Assembly (NCBI GenBank): GCA_963718895.1 | Contig: CAVRAG010000004.1 | Location: forward strand, 128,001-192,000 | Direction: 5' to 3' | DNA length: 64,000 bases | DNA from: an uncultured Nitrososphaerota archaeon | GTDB taxonomy: Archaea; Thermoproteota; Nitrososphaeria; Nitrososphaerales; Gagatemarchaeaceae | Position numbers and translations under genes: made by a program | Notes under the pieces: model-generated | Seen by the model: the letters and a program-made list of their open reading frames with translations, nothing else | Databases searched by the model: none | What the model was told of the DNA's origin: nothing | Shown: positions 58,843 to 64,000 of the stretch, piece after piece | Layout of the letters: every line of letters starts with the position of its first letter | How positions within the stretch are numbered: the first letter of the stretch is position 1

Positions 58843-59382
58843 TCAGTGTGCGGTGGTTTCGAACCCGGTTGAGTTCCAGAGCAGTATCCAGGGTTCCGTC
58901 TTCGTGATCAGGCGGAAGTGGCGCTCATCCTTCCGTTTGATAGTGTCAAGGGCCTGGGGGACCCCCGGCTCGAGCAACCCGACCTTGAATGAAACTCTCC
59001 CGTTTAGGGTCTTGACGTATATCGATTCATACCTTCTCTTGAAAGGCAAGCCGCGTAAACGATCGCCTGCGCCAAGGTCGACCGGGAGAACCTGCAGCAG
59101 CCCCTTGATCTCGGCGAGCGGAGGATATCTGGCTACCAGTTCCTGGGCTTCCTTCGGGCCCGTCGGCGCCTGTGATTGGACGGACCGGTAGAATCCGCCA
59201 TCGGCACGGTAGGTGTACTTCGTCCCCCAGCCGGCGGCTCTGGCGACCCCGAAGATGATGCCGCCGGGCCCTGCGCTAATCCATGCGACCCTTCTGGGGA
59301 TGCCCCTCTCCCTCGCCAGTATGGCGAATCTCGTGTACTCGGCGTTCCGCCTGAAACCGCCCGCATTCGGAAAGATGCTCAT
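58843..59382 (-). CDS. Hypothetical protein
   Basis: Protein-like 179-aa ORF, TATAAG upstream on the minus strand. Confidence 0.5.
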   Translation of the reverse strand: MSIFPNAGGFRRNAEYTRFAILARERGIPRRVAWISAGPGGIIFGVARAAGWGTKYTYRADGGFYRSVQSQAPTGPKEAQELVARYPPLAEIKGLLQVLPVDLGAGDRLRGLPFKRRYESIYVKTLNGRVSFKVGLLEPGVPQALDTIKRKDERHFRLITKTEPWILLWNSTGFETTAH

Positions 59383-59608
59383 CCTCCTCTGTCTCTCCCG
59401 CGAAGAGGTTTCTGACCGCTTATAGGGTGTACCGCGGGTCTGCCTGAGTCACCGACGCCCCGTTCCGGGACGACGGCTGAACTTGGCAACTAGACGGGCG
59501 CGAGATCGCAGGGGGTCCCGGGGGCGTCTTCCAGCGCCCGGGACGTCCTGTGGCTGAGACCGGTTACCCTCTCCTTGCTCGAGCAGAGGGGGAGACCCTC
59601 GGCCCCTC

Positions 59609-60250
59609 CTAGGTCATCTCCATCTCTTGGTCGGAGTTCCCGCCTGTCTGAGGTATGTCAGGGAACTTCTGCATCCTCGTCTCTGCGACGGCCGCTGCCT
59701 CTGCCAGGGCCCTCTCCGCCTCCTCGTTCGCCGTCTCGAAGTTGAGCGAGGAGCCGCTTACCGAGCCGGCATCGACGAGGATTCCGCTCAGAAGGCCCGA
59801 GATCTCGCTCATCTCGCCCTCCGCCTCTGGCATCACTCCAGACAGGCCCTCTCTGAGGTTGCGGACTATGGACGTGGCCGGAGCCAGAGTAAGGACCACG
59901 TCGCCAAGCTCCGTGACTGTGTTGAGCCTGAGGACTATCTGCTCAAGGGCCAGCTTGGACTGGGTGACCATCTTGCTCATCTTACGAAGCTCAGCCAGCT
60001 CGTTGGCGAACATCGAAGCCCTCGCAGAGTCCCTCTTCTGCAGAGAAGCCACGATCTTGTTGAACAGAAACGCGTCCCTATCCCTCATCTTGAATATTGC
60101 CGCATCCAGTTTCGCCATGACCGTCTGTATCTGACGAGTCGCTTGATCCAGCCTCGGTTTGAGCGGCCCCGGATTGTTGAACCTCCCGATGATTCTGCTT
60201 CCAATCCCAGGGGTCTTCTTGGTATCCCAATTGTTAGAGAATTGTGACAT
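59609..60250 (-). CDS. CdvB/Snf7 (ESCRT-III) paralog
   Basis: GPLKPRL, RASMFANELAELRKM, KLALEQIVLRL.TV.ELGD, EEAERALAEAA; lacks a C-terminal wHTH. Confidence 0.9.
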   Translation of the reverse strand: MSQFSNNWDTKKTPGIGSRIIGRFNNPGPLKPRLDQATRQIQTVMAKLDAAIFKMRDRDAFLFNKIVASLQKRDSARASMFANELAELRKMSKMVTQSKLALEQIVLRLNTVTELGDVVLTLAPATSIVRNLREGLSGVMPEAEGEMSEISGLLSGILVDAGSVSGSSLNFETANEEAERALAEAAAVAETRMQKFPDIPQTGGNSDQEMEMT

Positions 60251-60401
60251 GGTCGATGAGTTTGGCTCGTCATCTGGTTATCTCGGCGCTAGTGAAAATC
60301 TCTTCACATTTCTATGAACTCCACTTCTCCGTCGACGATTGTTCAAATCAGGGAGGAATCGGAGATTGTCCGTGCTCTGCTCGCGTGCCATCAGAGGCAT
60401 G

Positions 60402-61238
60402 CTATTCTGAGCCTGGTTCTTCGGTCTGCGGAAGAGATCTCTTCTGCATCCTGGTGAACACCCACACAGCGGCGATGACCACCGCGAGGGTTGCACCTAT
60501 CTCGAGCACGCCAATCGAACGCACCACGCCCCAGTGCGCTCCGAAGTAGTCTCCTACATACACAAGCAGCGCATCGAACATGAAGCATCCGAGCGCCGTG
60601 TAGAGCGTGAACCTGGGCAGATTCATCCGGGCGCTTCCGGCGGGGAAGGAGGCGAGGGTGCGAATGCCGGGGACCAACCGACTGAAGAAGATTATCTGGC
60701 TTCCGTGCCTCTGAAACAAGGATTGAACCCGCTGCATCTGTTCGTCGCTGATGAAGAACCGGCTCCCGTAGTTCGATATCACCTTCATCCCCAAGAAGAG
60801 ACCGATGTAGTAGTCGATGAGGGAGCCGATTACCCCCGCCAGGGTCGCCAGACCGACCGTCACCCAGAAATCTAGGCGCCCCAGGGAGACGAGGTAGCCG
60901 GCAAAGGGGAGGATGACCTCGCTGGGAAGCGGCAACGAGGTCGCCTCGAGCAGCATGAACCCGAACACCCCCAGATACCCTGTGTTGCCTATCGCGGTGA
61001 CGATGCTTGCCGTCACATTCGCGACAAGACCTGTCGGCGCGGCGCTCGCGCCTCCCGTCACTATGTCTTCAATCGAGTCAGAGAAGAGTACACTCATGGT
61101 AACTATGAAGAGCGCCGCTCCCAGCAAGGCATAGCGTGAACGCGAGTTCAGGGGGCGAAGACGCATCTGCAAGACACCGTGTCTATTCGCGCAGACCGGG
61201 ACTATTTCACGGTTTGGGGGTTGAACGGTGACGGACAT
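60402..61238 (-). CDS. DedA-family membrane protein
   Basis: LE...LPLPSEVILPFAG, GS...YYIG, FFSRLVPGIRTLASFPAG; start uncertain. Confidence 0.9.
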   Translation of the reverse strand: MSVTVQPPNREIVPVCANRHGVLQMRLRPLNSRSRYALLGAALFIVTMSVLFSDSIEDIVTGGASAAPTGLVANVTASIVTAIGNTGYLGVFGFMLLEATSLPLPSEVILPFAGYLVSLGRLDFWVTVGLATLAGVIGSLIDYYIGLFLGMKVISNYGSRFFISDEQMQRVQSLFQRHGSQIIFFSRLVPGIRTLASFPAGSARMNLPRFTLYTALGCFMFDALLVYVGDYFGAHWGVVRSIGVLEIGATLAVVIAAVWVFTRMQKRSLPQTEEPGSE

Positions 61239-61277
61239 GGCCGGCCGGTGCTGCGGAGGTGGGGTCGACCCCTCTGG

Positions 61278-62258
61278 TCAGGCAATCTTGAAGCCCAGTA
61301 TCCTCTCCAGAAGATCGCTGAGCGTTATCACGCCGATCATCTTCCCCTCCCGGTAGACGAAGGCTATCGTCACACCCCGTCTGCTCATCCTGTCGGCGAC
61401 GGTAGCTATTGATTCGTCAGCGTCGACTTTCACCGCCTGGACTATGAAGCTCGAGATTGGATCGTTGAGCTTGCCCTCTGACAGCCCCCTTGTGAGAGAC
61501 CGGAACGTCACGACCCCTACGAACTCTCCCGCCTCTCTTCCGAAGACAGGGATTCTCGGGTGGTGTGAAGACCCCATCACCTTTAGAGCCTCCAGCACCG
61601 TGGTATCCGAGTCCACGGCGATTATCTTCTCTATGGGGGTGGTCACGTCCTTGACGTCATACTTCGACGATTGAAGCGTTGTCCTCAGAATCCTCCCGGC
61701 GTCCGGCTCGAGCTGTCCGTCTGCCTCCAGCATGTCGATGCGACTTTCAAGCTCTTCGGCGATGTCGTCCTTGCTGTACGCGGGTTTCCCACTTATCGAC
61801 GTTGCGAGCTTCCTTGCCACGTTCATGAGAGGCTGGGCGACGGGGGAGAGAGCTTGCGCCGAAGCATGCACGCCGGGCGCAAGGAGGACGGCCATCCCGA
61901 CAGGGTCCTCGATGCCGATCGTCTTGGGGACCAGGTCAAGGAAGATCATTATCACTATCGAACCGACGATGACGCTCGCTAGCCATCCGAAGGGCCCAAA
62001 GGCCTCGGAGAACACTATCCCCGTGGTCGTGGCGAGGGTCACATTGGCTAGGGTGCCGATGAGCGTAGTGACGCTGACGAGCTTGGTCTTCTCGTTGGTT
62101 ATCTTCAGTGCCGTCTTCGCCTTGCTGGATCCATCCTTCTGCATTGAGAAGAGCGAGACCTGTTTGACCGAGAGATACGTCGCCTCGACCAGGGCCGATG
62201 AGAAGGAGAGAGCGGCGGCCACAATGAGGACGACGTAGACCACAGCCGCGACTGCCAT
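61278..62258 (-). CDS. CNNM/DUF21 + CBS-pair protein (CorB-like)
   Basis: FSS..EA..LS, LIG..AN, DLVPK, HPRIPV, GVITLSDLLE.ILG. Confidence 0.87.
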   Translation of the reverse strand: MAVAAVVYVVLIVAAALSFSSALVEATYLSVKQVSLFSMQKDGSSKAKTALKITNEKTKLVSVTTLIGTLANVTLATTTGIVFSEAFGPFGWLASVIVGSIVIMIFLDLVPKTIGIEDPVGMAVLLAPGVHASAQALSPVAQPLMNVARKLATSISGKPAYSKDDIAEELESRIDMLEADGQLEPDAGRILRTTLQSSKYDVKDVTTPIEKIIAVDSDTTVLEALKVMGSSHHPRIPVFGREAGEFVGVVTFRSLTRGLSEGKLNDPISSFIVQAVKVDADESIATVADRMSRRGVTIAFVYREGKMIGVITLSDLLERILGFKIA

Positions 62259-62388
62259 AATTCTTGGACCTCCGGCCTCGTACTTAACCTATGGTACGGG
62301 GGAACGGCCCGATTTCATTCTTGGGTCCCCGAGCCAAGGTTGGACCTGAGGACCGGCTGAAGCGTTTATACGTACCCTGGGAGTCGCG

Positions 62389-62958
62389 ATGTTCAAGGTG
62401 ACTCAGAGACAAGAGGTGGGTGGCTCGTCTTCCGAGGAAGCGATACTCGGCGGCGGCTGCTTCTGGTGCTTCGATGCCATCTTCTCGAAACTCAGGGGCG
62501 TGGAGAAGGTCGAGTCGGGGTACAGCGGCGGGACAGTCCCCAATCCCACGTACGAGCAGGTGTGTTCGGACGAGACGGGGCACGCCGAGAGCGTGAAGAT
62601 CACGTTCGATCCAAAGGTAATCTCCTACAGACAGCTCCTCGAGATCTTCTTCACAGTACACGATCCGACCACCCTGAACCGGCAGGGAGCCGATGTGGGA
62701 AGCCAGTACAGGTCAGTGATATTCTACGGAGATGAGGGCCAGAAGGCGACCGCAGAGGAGGTCGTGCGGGAGGTCGAGGCCGAGGGAATCTGGGGCGCAC
62801 CAATCGTGACCGAGCTCACGCCGTTGGTCGCCTTCTACAAGGCGGAGGACTACCATCAAGACTTTTACGAGAAGAACCCTAGTCAGGGCTACTGCAGGGT
62901 CGTGATAGCCCCGAAGGTTCTCAAGTTCCGGAAGAAGTTTGCGAGTCTGCTCGCGTAG
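62389..62958 (+). CDS. msrA: Peptide-methionine (S)-S-oxide reductase
   Basis: GGGCFWC, GYSGG, TGHAE, HDPT.LNRQG.D.G.QYRS, AEDYHQ. Confidence 0.96.
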   Translation: MFKVTQRQEVGGSSSEEAILGGGCFWCFDAIFSKLRGVEKVESGYSGGTVPNPTYEQVCSDETGHAESVKITFDPKVISYRQLLEIFFTVHDPTTLNRQGADVGSQYRSVIFYGDEGQKATAEEVVREVEAEGIWGAPIVTELTPLVAFYKAEDYHQDFYEKNPSQGYCRVVIAPKVLKFRKKFASLLA

Positions 62959-63041
62959 CTTCATCCCGGGTCGTCCAGCGACGTGGACCGTAGTGGCGCC
63001 TTCATCGGCCTTCAACCCTCTCCCCGGCCGGACCTTCAGCC

Positions 63042-63449
63042 TCAACCAGGACCGAGGGATTCCGCAGAAACAACGGCCGAGACCATGATGGTGTTCCCAC
63101 CTCGTCCGGTCAGGAAGCTGATCGTGTCGTTCCCTGTCTGCGTGACCTGGGCGCCCGAGGTGTGCCAGCTCAGAATTTGATATGTTGCGTTTGGATAGGC
63201 TGTTACCGTCACGTCGACGTGTGGAAGGACTTCAATCGTGAAGTTCTGGGACGAGGGGATCGTTGTGTTCGTCGAATCGTAGGACAGCACGAAGTACGCG
63301 TGGCTCGAACCCGTGACTTCGACCTTGACGTATCTGTCTTCGGTGTACACGAGTATTGCGGCCGCGAGAAGTATGATGACCAGAACGACCGAGATTGTGA
63401 TGATGTGGAATCTCCGACTATTCGGGATCATCGGTCTCGTCTTGGACAT
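63042..63449 (-). CDS. Membrane-anchored hypothetical protein
   Basis: N-terminal TM helix and beta-rich domain. Confidence 0.55.
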   Translation of the reverse strand: MSKTRPMIPNSRRFHIITISVVLVIILLAAAILVYTEDRYVKVEVTGSSHAYFVLSYDSTNTTIPSSQNFTIEVLPHVDVTVTAYPNATYQILSWHTSGAQVTQTGNDTISFLTGRGGNTIMVSAVVSAESLGPG

Positions 63450-63553
63450 GCCCGGCCGCTTGATAACCTTGTCATCGCGCGGAGCTGAGACGGCAGGCTT
63501 GGCGGAAGACCGCCGTGCAGAAGCACTAAATAGCGACGGGGGTCACAAACTAT

Positions 63554-63769
63554 GTGCGAGCGTCTGCGGTACTCGGAGCAATCTTCCTGATAGTGGGGAT
63601 AATCCTCCTCTACGCGCTTCGTCATTTGCTCTTTCAGGTGATAGTCGTCCTGCTTGGAGTCATCGGCCTGATAATCGCAGTTGTCTTGATTTTGGTCGGG
63701 CTGGCACTCATCTTCGGCGGATCTTGGATAAGAGGTGGGTTCAGACGCTATGTGGTCACCGACGTCTAG
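63554..63769 (+). CDS. Small two-TM membrane protein
   Basis: Hydrophobic hairpin; TAAATA about 20 nt upstream. Confidence 0.55.
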   Translation: MRASAVLGAIFLIVGIILLYALRHLLFQVIVVLLGVIGLIIAVVLILVGLALIFGGSWIRGGFRRYVVTDV

Positions 63770-64000
63770 CCGCGTCGCGTCCCACATTGTCTGTTCCGGT
63801 TCTGTCAAGTCTTTGTCGGGTAACCAAAAAGACTTGGCTTCGAGGCATCGACTCTGAGGATTACCGTCCGCGTCGGGTTCCCCTTCACCGCTTCACCTGC
63901 CCCGCCTTGTTTTCAATGAACGGTCGAACCTCAACCGCCCATCTTGCCAATGGGTCAGACGGATTCGCCCGGGACCCGTCCTCACTGCTCGGATACAACA

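Noticed and set aside
59509-59590. Two GC-rich hairpins downstream of cdvB (GTCCCGGG/CCCGGGAC and CCCTCT/AGAGGG)
   Set aside because: Short stems are common at this GC content and no tRNA, SRP or RNase P features were found; at most a terminator-like structure
63800-64000. Possible RNA gene or gene end at the window edge
   Set aside because: No recognisable RNA motif; too little context to call a truncated minus-strand ORF

Overview
GC-rich archaeal chromosomal window, most likely from a Nitrososphaerota (Thaumarchaeota) lineage. Evidence for this: a CdvB/ESCRT-III paralog, a PolB2 cassette, TATA boxes 20-30 nt before many TTG/GTG starts, and F420-linked enzymes. No rRNA, tRNA, CRISPR array, transposase or integrase was recognised. 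The left part (1-26.6 kb) is heterotrophic metabolism and transport: 2-oxoacid dehydrogenase E1, three ABC systems, sugar-acid-type dehydrogenases, aldolases and epimerases, MsrB, and an orphan Zim/MthZI-like methyltransferase. The part from 27 to 57 kb is rich in DNA-damage genes: DUF72-DinB, a DinG/XPD-like helicase, a second DUF72, a RadA-like/2x small helical protein/PolB2 cassette with a divergent third DUF72, and a three-gene operon at 45591-47840. That operon is the main candidate for an undescribed system. It encodes a highly divergent Ku, a minimal ATP-dependent DNA ligase and a minimal ASFV-sized PolX, which reads as an archaeal end-joining module using an X-family polymerase (as eukaryotic NHEJ does) instead of the LigD-type primase-polymerase. 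An S53 protease-phosphoesterase fusion is also unusual. Five genes carry +1 frameshifts that look like sequencing indels. All family calls come from motifs read by eye; no database search was run.
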